A stretch of DNA of 64,000 bases from assembly GCA_965178125.1 (NCBI GenBank), contig OZ237740.1:1178001-1242000 (forward strand), in the 5' to 3' direction. Below are positions 25,315-37,900 of the stretch, one piece after another; position 1 is the first letter of the stretch; the number at the start of each line of letters is the position of its first letter. Source of the DNA: Bilabrum cf. latius. Its lineage: Eukaryota. Under the pieces are notes generated by a model. The model was not told the origin of the DNA, ran no database searches, and saw only the letters and a program-made list of their open reading frames with translations. Made by a program: the position numbers and the translations under genes.

Positions 25315-28300
25315 TCAGCGAGCCGGGGCCCCGGCCTCCCGCACCACCGCGCCGAACTTGTCCGACATGACAAGCAGGGCGAACCTCTTCACGCGGTCCA
25401 GCGCGTCAGTGTTCACGGACGAGTAGTCGAACACGCCCCGCAGGTCCGTGTAACCGTCCTTGAAGAAGAACGCGTCGTCGGCTGCCCCGCTCGGGCTTGC
25501 CGTCCCGAAGGCCTTCACGTACACCCTAGGCAGCGGCCTTCCGGTCGCTGCCTCGACCACCTTGACCCGACCGAAGGCCTCCTGCACGGACACGCGCATC
25601 GAGTTGCTGAAAAACGTGGCCGTCCGGCGCTTGCCCCCGGCCACGGCCTCCACCAGCACGTTGGAGCCGGCTGCGTCCAGCGGCAGCGGCACAGTCTTCT
25701 CCTGAGTCTTGTGCTCTGCGCCTGCTGCAGCCGGGGTGTCCACTCGCAGCACAGCGTTCGGACGCACGTACGAGAACTTCCGAGAGTCCCCGCCCGCCGA
25801 GGCGAAGGGGCTGGTGGAGAACAAGAGCTCCACATCCATGCCGTACACGGACAGCTGCACCCCGTCCACGTTGGCCGTCGTCAGGCGAGCCTCGGCCTTG
25901 CCGTCCGCGCCGCGACCCACCTCCATCTCCAGCACAGGCTCCGTCTTTGCCATGGCCGCCTGCTGCTTCTCCCGGATCAGCTCCTTGCCCTCATCTTCGT
26001 CCCGCTCGCCCTCCGCAAAACCCTTCTTGGCGGCCCCTCCCCCCGCAGTGGCCGCCTCCTGCAGCTGAGAGGCCATCTCCACGAACTTGGCCCTCCACCG
26101 GGGCACGGGGTGGGCCTTGTAGGCCTCTGCAACCCGTCGGGCGGTCTCGAGGGGATGCTCCCCATCGAGGTGGTAGAAGTCAAGGTAGGCCGCCATGTAG
26201 TCGTACTGCAACACGGACCAGGACTAGGCAGCACCCGAGCCGCCTCCCGCCGCCCCGCTGGATGCCGCGCCGGCAGCACCTCCAGCGATGGAACCCTCGG
26301 GCGCGGGCACCTTGGCAAACGTCGCGTGCGCCTCCTCGATGCGGTCCTGCAGCACGAAGAAGTACGTGAGGGCGAGCAGCTGGTGCGCGGTGGCCGCGCC
26401 TGTGCCCAGCACCTGGTACCCGAGCAAGCGCAGGAACCTCTGGTACTGGTTCTTCAGGTCGCGGTTGGTGATCCTCTGCTGTGTGCCCAGCCGGTGCGCC
26501 CTCGCGTTGACCAGGGGCGCGTACTCAAAGTGCGTGTACACGTTCGTGTTCCTCGGGTCCCTCGTCTGCATCATGGCCGTGGCCAGGCCCCCGGGGTCAG
26601 CGGACGAGTCGCCCACGCCCTCCTCGAAAGAGACGCGCAGCAGGTTGGAGCGAAGGATGGGCTCGGCCAGCTGGCGCATGGTGGACAGAGCAGCCGAGGA
26701 CTGGCTCAGGTAGTCCCGGATGCCCCGAATATCGCGATGCTTAAAGGCGTACCCGCACACGTCCTTGCTGAAGAAGCAGCGCTCCCGCAGCGCCCCGATG
26801 ATGGCCTCGTACGCACTCTTGTTGGCGCACCGCCACGCGCACTGCCGGACGTCCACGCCGTCGTAGATGTTCTCCGTGCGCAGGAACTCGATCACCTCCT
26901 CGAGCGTGCCCTCGTTCGCCACAAACGCCCACGAGCGGGTGTCCACCTGCGTGGGCACCAGCACCACGTTGACCCGCTACGGGGACGCGAAGGCCACTAG
27001 CTTCTCCTGGCTGGCGGCGTGCACGGGGTAGTGGTCGAACTGCCCGGTCGTGGGGAAGTAGAAGAAGTAGTCCCGCGTCTGGGTCTGGTAGGAGCCCAGC
27101 GTGATGCTCCAGGTCTTGGTCACGAAGCCGTTGCTGACCGGCACGGCGCCCTGCGGGATCTGCATCAGCACGTCCAGCTGCTGACGGCGGCGAGACACGT
27201 TGGTCGCCACGATGCGCGCGCCGTACTTTTTGTTCCTCAGCAACTCGGAGCCGTCCAGGTACTTGTCGACCAGCTCGCCACCCTCCCTCCTGTGGGGGTC
27301 CTCAGGGTCGAAGTACTGCTGGCCTACCAGGATGGTCGAGCCCGTGGGCGCTTCGGCCTCGCTCACGTCCTTGTTGAAGAGCACCAGGGGCGACTCGGTG
27401 GCGCCATAGTGGATCCTGCCGGCGGTCGCCCGGACGTCGGAGGCCTTGGGCATCTCGAACGGCAGGTCGAGCACGGCCAGAGCCACCAGCATCGAGGTCA
27501 CGTTGGACGTGCACAGCGTAAAGTGGGGAGACACGAAGCCCTTGTCCGGGTCTGCCGCCGCGGCCCGATGGGCGGCGAGGTCGGCCCAGAAGGGCGAGTT
27601 GGGGACGAGCCCAGGGCTCTGTCCTTCCGCCTGCACCTTGTAGTACTGCGACTCGGCGAACTCTTCCGTCTTGTCCATGCCGCGGTAAGTAGGCCGCTAG
27701 ATCGAGGCCCTCAGAGACATGAGCTAGCCTTCTGCGACGTCGAATCCAATGTCCTCGTCCTCGCTCTCATCCTCGTCCTCTGCCATCATCGTGGCAATGT
27801 CCATGGATTCCGCCATCGCGAGCGAGCGTCGCTGAGGCATCGCTTGAGCCATGGACTTCCTGGCTCTCGACGGCATGGCCCTGGATCGCATCGGCATAGC
27901 AGCCGCTGTAAAGTCCATTGCCATCGGTGCCGCCGATGGCATCGGCATGCCACCGCCACCGAACATGGCAGCAGCAGCGGAAGGGGCGGGTGGCGCCATC
28001 TACCTGGCTTTTTCCACCTGGGCGGCGAGCCGGTCCGTCTTGCCGTCATCAAGCGCATTCCCAGCCAGTGCAGCGTCAAACACCTGGTCCATGCGGGATC
28101 GAGGCACGGGGTTCGCCTCCGCCTGATCCTTGAAGTCCTTCTGCACACCCGAGGCACGCGGCGCGCGGCTCACCAGAAGCGCCTTCTCCAGAGCATTGAG
28201 GTACTCGATGCGGCCGGGCTCAGCGAACGCGCTGAGGTCGTGCCCCAGCACGAAATGGTCCACCAGCTGCTTGGCACGCTTGCACTCGAGGTACGGCCGA

Positions 28301-31300
28301 ACCACAGAGTCGAAGAAGGCCCGGTCCTTGAAGTACAGGAAGAGGTGCAGCTCGTGGCACGCGTACTTGCTGTACTTGGCCTTCTTCTCAGAGTCCGGCA
28401 GCGACGACCAGTTCCCAAGGAACGACCAGTCGCCCTGCAGGTCGCTGCGCCCGCTGATTGACGTGAGGAGGCCCATGGCGGACTGCAGCGTGCCGTACTC
28501 CTCAGCCTTGGTGTCGGACGCGGCCGCCATGGCGGCGGTCTCCCCTGGCCGCAGCACCCTTGCCTGCCGCATCTGCACGAGGTGCTTGGCCGTGTCGAAG
28601 GACTCGACCAGGGCCAGGTTGCGGTAGCACGGAGAGCGGTAGTCCTCGGCGGGGCCGTCTGCACCTCCCGCGCCGGACGCCGCCCCAGCGGACCCACCTT
28701 CACTGCCGTCCGTCTCGGCGGAGGGTCCCGGCAGCACCGCATCCACGCCGCGCATGGCGCTGTGGAAGGCGTCCATGGCCACGACGGTCACGAACACCGG
28801 ACCGGAGAGGCCGTCCGAGTTGAGTGCCCGGGCCACGTCGGCGCCGCGGAGCTCCTCGGCGGACACCTCCACCACGCCGTCCGGTCCCGGCCGCAGGTTG
28901 GACAAGAGCACGGAGGGCGCCGCAAGGAAATCGTGGTAGGGAGAGCCGCCCTGGGAGCCGCCCACCCGCCTCGCTGCCATCTTGCGCTTCTTGTTCTTGG
29001 AACCCATCATGCCGCCCCTGGCCGACGCGGCGCTCGCAGACGCGAACGCGTCCCCGGACGCTGCCGTCTGCTCGTCGGTCGTGGTTTTGCGCTGCGCCCA
29101 CGGGTTCAGCAGCAATCCTGGCCGGGGCAAGAGGTTGCCCGGGAATGCCTTGGCAGACTGCCGCTGCAGCACGTACACGGCCTCCTCGCCGAGCTTGGTG
29201 GCGCCCAGGTAGCTGGACTTGGGCACGATCACGCCGAACTGCTTCGAGACGTGCTCCCCGTCGGAGCCCGTCTGTCCCAGCGAGGGAAAGAGCTCCTGCC
29301 GCCCCGCGTAGAAGTGCGAGGCCAGCAGGTGCACGCGCACGCCACCCTTCTTCTGAGAGGCAGGGATCCCGCCCGCCACCCGCACGCGCAGGGCGCCGCT
29401 TTCTGCGTCAAAGGTGGCCTCTGCGATGGCGAGGGCGGGGGCCTTGGCCCGCGGGACCAGCTTGGAGGGCCCGCTCAGCACCAGGGACAGGTCGGACGTC
29501 CGGTTCTCGATGTCCTCTGAGAGCACGCGCAGGTGCACCTCGTTGGCGGCACCCCCGCAGGGTGTCGGCCGGAAGATCTTGAGCACGTACTGCCCGGGGC
29601 CAAGGCCGCTGGCCTGCAGGAAGCCGTCGGCGGTGGTTTGCAGATTCCCGGTGCAGTCATCGATGACGTCATCATTGGTGGTGACCCGCACCAGGCGCAC
29701 GTCGGTGGGAGACACAGCCCCGTCGGTTGAGAAGCCGCTCCCGTCCACGGCGGGCTCGGCGCCGGCGCCGCCGCCCCCCGCCGAACCGGCCGCCCCTGCG
29801 CCGCTGCCAGCACCACCGCCCGCAGAGCGGAACGGGATCCTAAGCTGCACCGCGTCGGTGTCTCTTGCCGCCAGCTCGTCCGAGAAGACCGCGGCCTCGT
29901 GGTGGTTCACCTAAAAGGTACGGTTCTGCACCCTGATGCGGGCGTCGTTGCAGTGCGCCTCGATCGAGGTGACGTGAGGCAGGCTGCCCAGGTACACCTA
30001 GCCCTTGGAGTCGGTGCCGAGTGAGGGGAACTGTACTGAGCTCGAGATGAAGTCCGTGTGGGCAGTCACCGTGACGGACACCTGCTGCACCGCCTCCCCG
30101 GACTTGCCGAGCACGCACAGCACGTACTGCCCGCCGGACCGGCGCAGGTAGAACTCGGCGATGCGGTCGGTGGTCTGCACGTCGTTCACGTTGACAGAGT
30201 ACGAGGAGGACAGGGACTGCTTGGCCCCCGTGTGGGAGACCTCCACCTTGGCGTCTAGCGAAAATGACAGGCTGGCCAGGTTCTGGGGTACCGCCAGCAC
30301 CAGCTGGGTCTCCTCCCCCTCGGTCAGGACCACGTCGTCGAATTTGCGCGTCGCGTCCACGCCGTCGATGTCTCGGCTCCGCACGCTCACGCGGATCTCC
30401 TTGAGCGCGCTCAGCGGCACGCGGGCGCTGCGCTCCCCGCCGTGCACCACGAACAGCCGGGGCCGCAGGACCACCTTGGCCTTGCGGCTGTCCTTGACCA
30501 GCTGCTGGGTGTCCATGTGCCAGGCCACGTCTAGCTCGTAGCTCTCGCCGTACATGGTCAGGTTGTGCAGGGACGAGAAGGACCACCCGCCCGCGCCCGC
30601 GCCAGCAGCACCGGCGCCGGACGCCGCGCCACCGGATCCGGGCTCCTGCAGGGTCAGGATCATGGTGCGAGAGCCGGGGGCACCGGAGAAGGGGATGATG
30701 ATGTCCTCGGCGGGCTCGCCGCTAGCTGTGGTGCGCTCCACGTCAGAGGCGCGGTACTCTCGGCCGTCGATCCAGGCCGTCACCCGGTCGGCCGGCAGCG
30801 GCTGGTTCTTCTCGTCCAGCACCCGCAGAGCCTGTCCAGCTACGTTGGCATACGACACGAACCGAAGGGCACCCTTGCGGATGAGGCAGCGGGTGGACTT
30901 GCCCCCGCCGATGAGCTCAACCACGAAGATGCCGCGCACGTCGGCGCGCAGCGGATCGGGGGAGAACGTCTCGGTGTGCGCCACGGCGGGCGCCTGCCCG
31001 TACTCGAACGTGCTCTCCCAGGTGGGCACCAAGCCGTCCAGCTCGACGTCGGTGCGCACCTCGGTCTTCCTGTCCTTGTAGTACGCGGTGGTGCTGATCT
31101 CGTACACCTTCACCTGCAGCTTGTTCACGTTCTTGACCCTCACGCTGAGGTTCACTGGCTCGGCGGGGTCGAAGAGCTCCGCGTTGGCCTTGGTGAAGGA
31201 CACTTCCACGCGGTCCATGAGGCCCTTGGCGGCGCCCTCGCCCAGCACGCGCACCCAGTCGCGCTGTTCCCCCACGCCCGCGAGGATCTTCTCCTCCGCC

Positions 31301-33384
31301 TGGGTCCGCTTGAGCCAGTCCGTGTGCACGTGGTCCTGCAGCAGGCTCATGTCAGAGCCCATGTCCTTCAGGAGGTCGCGGAGGCCCTGCACCACGAGCT
31401 CGCCGTCGCTGGAGGCGCTCACTGTGGGCAGCGCCAGGGGCACCTTGTACGAGTTGGGCACCCTGCTCTTCTCCTTGTCCCACCCGCGGGTCATGTCTGT
31501 GTACGCGCGGTCGGGCGGCAACTGGTAGGCGATCGTCTGCCGGGGCATCTTGAGGAAGGCCACGAAGGCGTCCCTATCCGAGGCGGGCGAGCCGGTGGAC
31601 CTCCAGGTGTCCAGCAGGCGGTAGTAGGCGACGAGGTGCCGGATGTAGTTGTAGGCGGGCGGCAGGGACAGGCGGGTCACCAGCGCCTCGATCGCATCGA
31701 GGTATTCCTTGCGCGCCGCAGGGTCCAGCGAGACGTCGAGTCCCTGGGGCGGCTGCACCCGGGTGACCAGCGCGTGCACCCACTGCCGATCGTTCTTGAT
31801 GTCGGGCACTCGGCCGTTGGACCACAGCTGCATGAGCTCGTCGGTGGTCATGTCCTTGTAGTACCTCGCTGCAGTGCTGCGCGTGCCGGGCAGCACTGGC
31901 TTCTCGACCCCCCTTGAGCCGCTCGTCTTGAAGAGGATGGTGGAGAAGGCCTGGAACATGGTGGGCTCCTCGGGCAGCAGGGTGTCCCTGTCGCTCGGGT
32001 GCGTGCACAGGATGTCCTCGACGACCTTCACGCGGTCCATCCCCGCAGGGAACCCGTGCGCCAGAACGAAGGCGCGCAGGGTCATCGCGTACTCCTTCTC
32101 ACCCGCCGCGGCCTTGATCCGATCTAGGGTACCCACGACCTCGGGGTGCTGGGGCGCGCCATGGTCACCTACCAGGTCACCCACCCAGCCGCGCTTGCTG
32201 GAGAGCCGATGTTCCTAGTCGCGGGCCTCCGGGAATCCTCCGTGTCTGCTCACGGCCCTCTCGATGAGTGACTTGGCGCTGGTGGGGGTCCCCTCAACGG
32301 CGCTCTGCAGGCCGGCCCCGGAGGGACGCACGGCCGCAGCACCGCGCCTGGGCTGCTTGCTGTGGGAGGTCGACGGGCGGATCTTCTTCTCGAGCGCCTT
32401 GATGGCTTCCTGCAAGCACTCAGGGGTGTTGGGTGTTGGGTGGTGAGGGGGGTACGGGTGGGCTCGAGCTCGGGCTTGGGAGAGTGCGCTCGACACCAGC
32501 AAGAAACACACGCTATTTCGCCCTTCCGCTACGCCTTAAATGCTAGGAGGAGTTCAGTCAATACCAACTCACGGCGTCCTCCGGTGTGGATCCGTCCTTG
32601 AACTGGATAAGCTGCTTGCGGAGAGCGTGCCGCTCCTTGAGCGCCCTGAACCTCGAATCGTGCTCGCGGTCGAGTTGCAGGGCCATGAGGCGATCCTCAA
32701 TTTCACTGGGGTGGCCTGCGGGCGCAACGTCATAAGGAACAAAGACTCTGGGGCGTTGGGACCGCCGTGGTGCACCGCTACGGCAGAGGGGCAGAAGACT
32801 GTGGCCATGGCTGTACGGCCTCAGTGCTAGGCCTCCTTGCTAAGTAATATCACACGTAGAATCCTCGTGCCTCGGTATCAGAGCTGCAGGGCGGCACCTT
32901 GCTTGTACTGCGCGCCACCGTCAGGCACCCCGAGAACGGGAGCCACAATGCTTGGCGGCACGGCATCCTGGCATTAGACAAGCACATGCTGGCATCAAAC
33001 CGAGCAAATTCAAATTTAAATCCATTGAATAAAAACAATACATGAGTTTGACAGGAGGATCAGGCTAGCAGAATCGCAAGACGACGCAGTTGCTGTTGAC
33101 CCAGATCCAACAACTCGGCACCCTGGAACATACCAGAGCCAGCCGACACCAGTAAGTCTTACCCTGGCACTCTGAAAGAAGGCAGAGCATCTGCGTCTGC
33201 TCGATGCTGCCGGCAACCAGCTTTTCTTCGATCCATTTGGCCTTGTTCTGCAGAAGATCGATACGACACGCACGCAGTCCATCAAATGCTCGAGCACTCG
33301 GGATGCATAGGACTGTTGCAAGCTAGACGATCTTACATCTACTTGTATAAACTCTTCAAGCTGATCGACAGACAAAGAGTCCAT
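25315..33384 (-). CDS. Very large (~2,500 aa) uncharacterised protein; several short 5' exons then one long exon (~25315-32411)
   Basis: Track ORFs from 25315 to 32511 lie in one frame joined by TAG (26224, 26977, 27697, 27724, 28000, 29911, 29998, 32215). Strong GC3 bias; C-terminal RPLPRVYVK...FFKDGYTDLRGVFDY; stop TGA. The 5' exon structure and the ATG at 33384 are tentative. Confidence 0.78.
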
Positions 33385-33939
33385 CTTGGCGGGCAGTCTG
33401 GGAGTGCAACATGTCGGCGATCCCGCCGCGCGACTGGGCATCCAAACAACACTGTATAATATTTTCCAAAACGGATTTTCTGCAGTCCTTCTTTTCGAAG
33501 TAAAACCGACACAAAAGGCCTAGTGCATGTTCCTAGTTAATGATCTGCATGTATTGACCTTGAGTTTTCGCTTCAGCATGCATGGCCTGCTTTGTAAGAC
33601 ATCAGTACGGCGTTCCTGAGGAACGCAAGGGCCCCTTGCGGCAAGGCCTGCAATCACGGTGCTGCTGTGCCTGCATGTCAAATGTCTTGCTGGACAGGGT
33701 AGGCGGACCCACAGGTAGCGCACAGCAAACTCACGCTGTATCAAGGCTTTGTGATATAGACAACAGTGCAGATTTCCCCCTCGCCTCGGGCTCCCGCGAC
33801 AACCTTGCGACCGCATTTTGCGACCACTTGCGCAGCATGCCTGCAGTGCACGATGGCGCGCTGCATCCAGCAAGCATTTGTAGTACATTTGCTCACATCT
33901 ACAACACGCGGCTTCAGCGCTCAATTTGATAGTGCATAC

Positions 33940-34760
33940 ATGGCAGCAGTTCCATCCGATACACCTGCGCGTGCCGACGAAGAGTCTTCGGACGATGACG
34001 ATTACCAGCAGTTTAAAGGTAGGTTTGCGGCTCCAGATATTGCGGACCATGCAGTGGTGGTAGCACAAAATGCCGGGATAATTGGGGTGTTCTCTCTATT
34101 TCTATTGTATATTCCGCCGCAGTGGTAATTATTGGGGACGGGTCGGTCGGAAAGACGAGCGTCGCTCACAGGTTTGCTTCCGATTCTTTCGAGTGGACGT
34201 ACAGGTAGACGGTTGGAGCAGATTTCTACCTGAAGCAGTTGTCTCTTCCGAACGACACTCAGGTTGCAATGCAACTTTGGGATATTGGCGGGCAGTCGCT
34301 CGGCTCAGCAATGATGAAGGCCTACTTGACTGGGGCAGACTGCTTGGTGTTTGTGTATGACATTACTAACAACGAAAGCTTCAGCAACTTGGAGGACTGG
34401 CTGGAGGTTGCAAAGTCTTCCTTTAAGGACCAGGGAGTAGACCTGCCGCTGTGCGTGCTCATGGGTAACAAAACGGACCTGTCCCATGTCCGCACGGTGA
34501 AGATGGCTAAGCACGAGGAATTCGCCAAAACAAACGCCATGGGGCAGTTTTTGGTGTCTGCCAAGACCGGAGACCAGGTCCAGACAGCCTTTTTCCGGAT
34601 CGCCGCGGATCTGGCCAAGGTACCCCTCACGAGGCCAGACGTGCAAGTGCACAGCAAGGTCGTCAGGGCAGAGATAGTGAATCACCAAAAGGACGACCCT
34701 TCAGTTGCTGCACCCGTTCCTCCGAAAGAGGACAAGGGAGGTGTTTGCGTCGTTTCTTAA
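33940..34760 (+). CDS. RAB28: Rab28 small GTPase, intron 34019-34122
   Basis: FKVVIIGDGSVGKTS, YR*TVGADFY, QLWDIGGQ (Rab28 signature), VYDITN, NLEDW, GNKTD, SAKTG and a C-terminal CaaX (CVVS). In-frame TAG 34206-34208; stop TAA. Confidence 0.9.
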
Positions 34761-34947
34761 GAATCATGCCTCTTGTAGGCGATTCTAGATGTAATTTATT
34801 TTCTTCATTTTCATTTTCGGATATGGTTACAACCGGTGGCCCAACGCCTCCGGACCAGACCGAAAACGGGTATCTTCATAACAAAATCAAGAGCCAGCCA
34901 GTGATTCTCACTGGCTTCTTGGTTTGGCAAAACTCTGGTGGTATACC

Positions 34948-37900
34948 ATGCAGAGAATCGATGACGTTTAGACAAGATCTGTGCCCGGCCAGTGGTTGCG
35001 AACAGCAAGTCTGGCCGCTTTGACTGCCGTTGTTTGGCTTTCTAGAAGATCTGGTGCAGTGATAACCTATGTGCCCTATCCAAAAGAGCCTGTTGATTAC
35101 AGTTCTCCTATTCGACCCGATTTACCTTCCTACGAACGCTGTAAAGCGACGCACCGGTGCAATCGTGCAGAGCAGGCCTATAACTTGTCTCAGGCCAGCT
35201 TTCAGTTCCAGAAGCAGATATACGCGGATGGATTCCGTGAAGTTGCGGATTCGTTCTATGATTTTGAGGATTGGAGGGCGGGGTCTGCCCCCTGGGGGCT
35301 AGACTAGGCGTATTTGCTTGGGCACGCCAATGCAACGAAGGGAGCGCATTTCAATCCATTCGATTTTGAGTCAGTAGGAGGTCGGCTGTACTTGAATCAC
35401 AGTGCAAGAATCACGTGGGACACCGATACGGCGACTGCACGCATAGTGCACGATGGTCTGCCTGAGCTTGGCTACACGTAGCCCGACAACTCATCGGGCA
35501 ATGCGACGGCACCACCGCCCTCGCTAGCACTAGGCCTTGATGCGATGCTGTACAATCCAGAGCCTGCATCCAGCGTGTTCATCGCTGGTGACATCGTGTC
35601 GACCCGCCATGGCGCCCAGGTTGCCCTCTTCTCATTCGAGAGCATCTTCGTCGGACCAGGGGTGCTCATGAACGTGACTGGCAGCCGACCGCTTGTTGTA
35701 CTCAGCAGATCGTCGGCAATTTGGGACTCGCCAATCGAAATTGAAGCTGCCACAGCTGGGGTGAGACACATTTCATCGCAGCAGCGCATCATAATGTGCA
35801 TCTCATTTAGCGTGTTCTCGTTGCAGTGAAGAAGCTGCCGCTCACCTCTCACCTCTTATTTGCACACCTCTCAATTTGACGATGCATGCACGCTCACTCA
35901 CAGCAATTCTTCCATCGCATCGCAGGGATTTCCTGGCGCCTCGAACTTGTCGCGCGCGGACGGGCTGGGCGTGGACGAGCAAGGCCCCGGCAGCGCCTCG
36001 AGGAGGGTCTACTCGTACCAGCTGGACCTGCAGGCCACCAACGTGGACGAGGTGCAGCAGGCAGAGACGTTCGTGGATGCCGGGCAGACGCTCCGGGGGT
36101 CGTTCGTGCTGTCTTTCCGAGGCAGGAGGTCGCATCCTATCCGGGTGGGTGCAGAGCCGGGCGAAGTGAGGCGGAGGCTGGAGTCGGCCTGGGCCGAGGC
36201 AGGCAGCCTGCGGGTCACGAGGGGCCAGCGGACGCAGAGGGGCGGGCACGTGTACAATGTGACATTTGCCACCGCCGTGGGTGCGCAGCCGCTGATGGAG
36301 ATAGAATCCGCTGGGCTGTCCGGGCGAGGTGCGGGAGCAGCGACGCGCAGGCTGCGGGCGGGTTCAGAGCTCGGGGGCGCCTTTCAGCTCGCATGGAAGG
36401 GGACCAACACGACCCTCGTGCCCGTGACAACAACGGCAGATGAGCTGCGGGAGGAGTTGGAGCGCTCATGGGGCCCAGTGGGCCTGGACCACGCCCTGGT
36501 CCGGCGCACCAACCCGAGGGCAAGGAGGACGATGGCGTGCGTGGACGGGTCCTGCGGCGTGGGGGGACCAGGCTCAGCATGGGGCCACACATACACCATC
36601 CACATGACCACTGCGTCCAACAACCGGCAGGTTGTGTTCCCCACGGACCCGCGGGCGAGAGACGCCCTCCCAGCCGAGCCCGTGCTCCTGCGCACCGCAG
36701 GGCTCACCGGCGAGGGCGCGAACGGGACGCTGTCGGCTCTGGAGCTGACTCATCGGGCGCTGGCGGCAGGGGTGCAGCGGGGGCTGCTGGTGCCATCGCT
36801 GCCTGCCAGCGTGAGCTACGGCGGTGCGGGGGCAAGTCACGGCGGGGTCGGGGGGCTTGGGCACGCCAGGCACGGCCCTGTCGGCCCTGTTGGCTTCTCA
36901 GAAGCCTCGTTCGATCTGCTCGGAGGATCTGGCGGCGCGCTCGGAGGAGCCACGGTGGAAGAAACGGTGTCCCGCCTGTCTCCGGACGTGTTTGGCGACG
37001 GCCTGGGAGGGGAGAACACCACCGGGGTCGGCGGTGCGGGAGGCGGCGCGGTCGAGTTGGTGGCAGTGAACGACTTGGTGATCGGGCCCTCGGGTGGCAT
37101 CGCTGTGAACGCGGAGGACGGCACGGAGGGGTGGCGCGGGGGCGGCGGAGGGGCAGGTGGATCGATCGTGCTGGCGGCCGGCGGCGCCGTGGCGTTGCAT
37201 GCCCCCCTCATGGCATTGGGGGGCGCGGGGGGCGCTGGTGTCGGGCGCGGGTCCCGGGGTGGCGGTGGGGGCTCGGGCGGGCGCGTCGCGATTTTCGCGC
37301 AGAGCGTGAGCGTGCTAGAAGACGGTCAGGTGTTTGTAGAAGGAGGACCCGGCGGGCCGGATGGCCGGGGCGCATCGGGGCTGGACTCGCTGGATGGGTA
37401 GGACCTAGCCGGGGACTATGCTTACCCGTACGGTGAAGGTGCGCCCGCACCCCCAGCCCGTGTCGAGGGCGTGAACATTGACGGGGGCAGGGGCTCGTCG
37501 GCCGTGTACACTGCTGGTGGCTGCCAGTTTGGGGTGGATCCATTCGTGGGCGGAGCCGAAGGGACGCAGAGGAGTCTGCGCGTCGACACTCGCCCCCTTG
37601 TGAGGACCGAGGCGGGCGACGCCATCGTGCCTGCCCCCTTTGCCCAGAACGGGCCCGCCGTGCAGCTCCCTGCCAACGGGACAGGCATCCAATGGATCAG
37701 GAGGGGTGCCAACCAGACCGTGCCGGACGACGCGCCTCAGGCACTCAGGGACGCCGTGGATGCTCACGAGCTCGCCGTGGCGAACGGAGACCCGAGCGCG
37801 GCTGCTGCAGCTGCGGCTGCCGCGCAGGAGGCCTTCATGGAGTACGGTGGGTCGGGCTTCTACGGGGCCGATTGGGGTGCAGACGCTCTGGGCCCATCGA

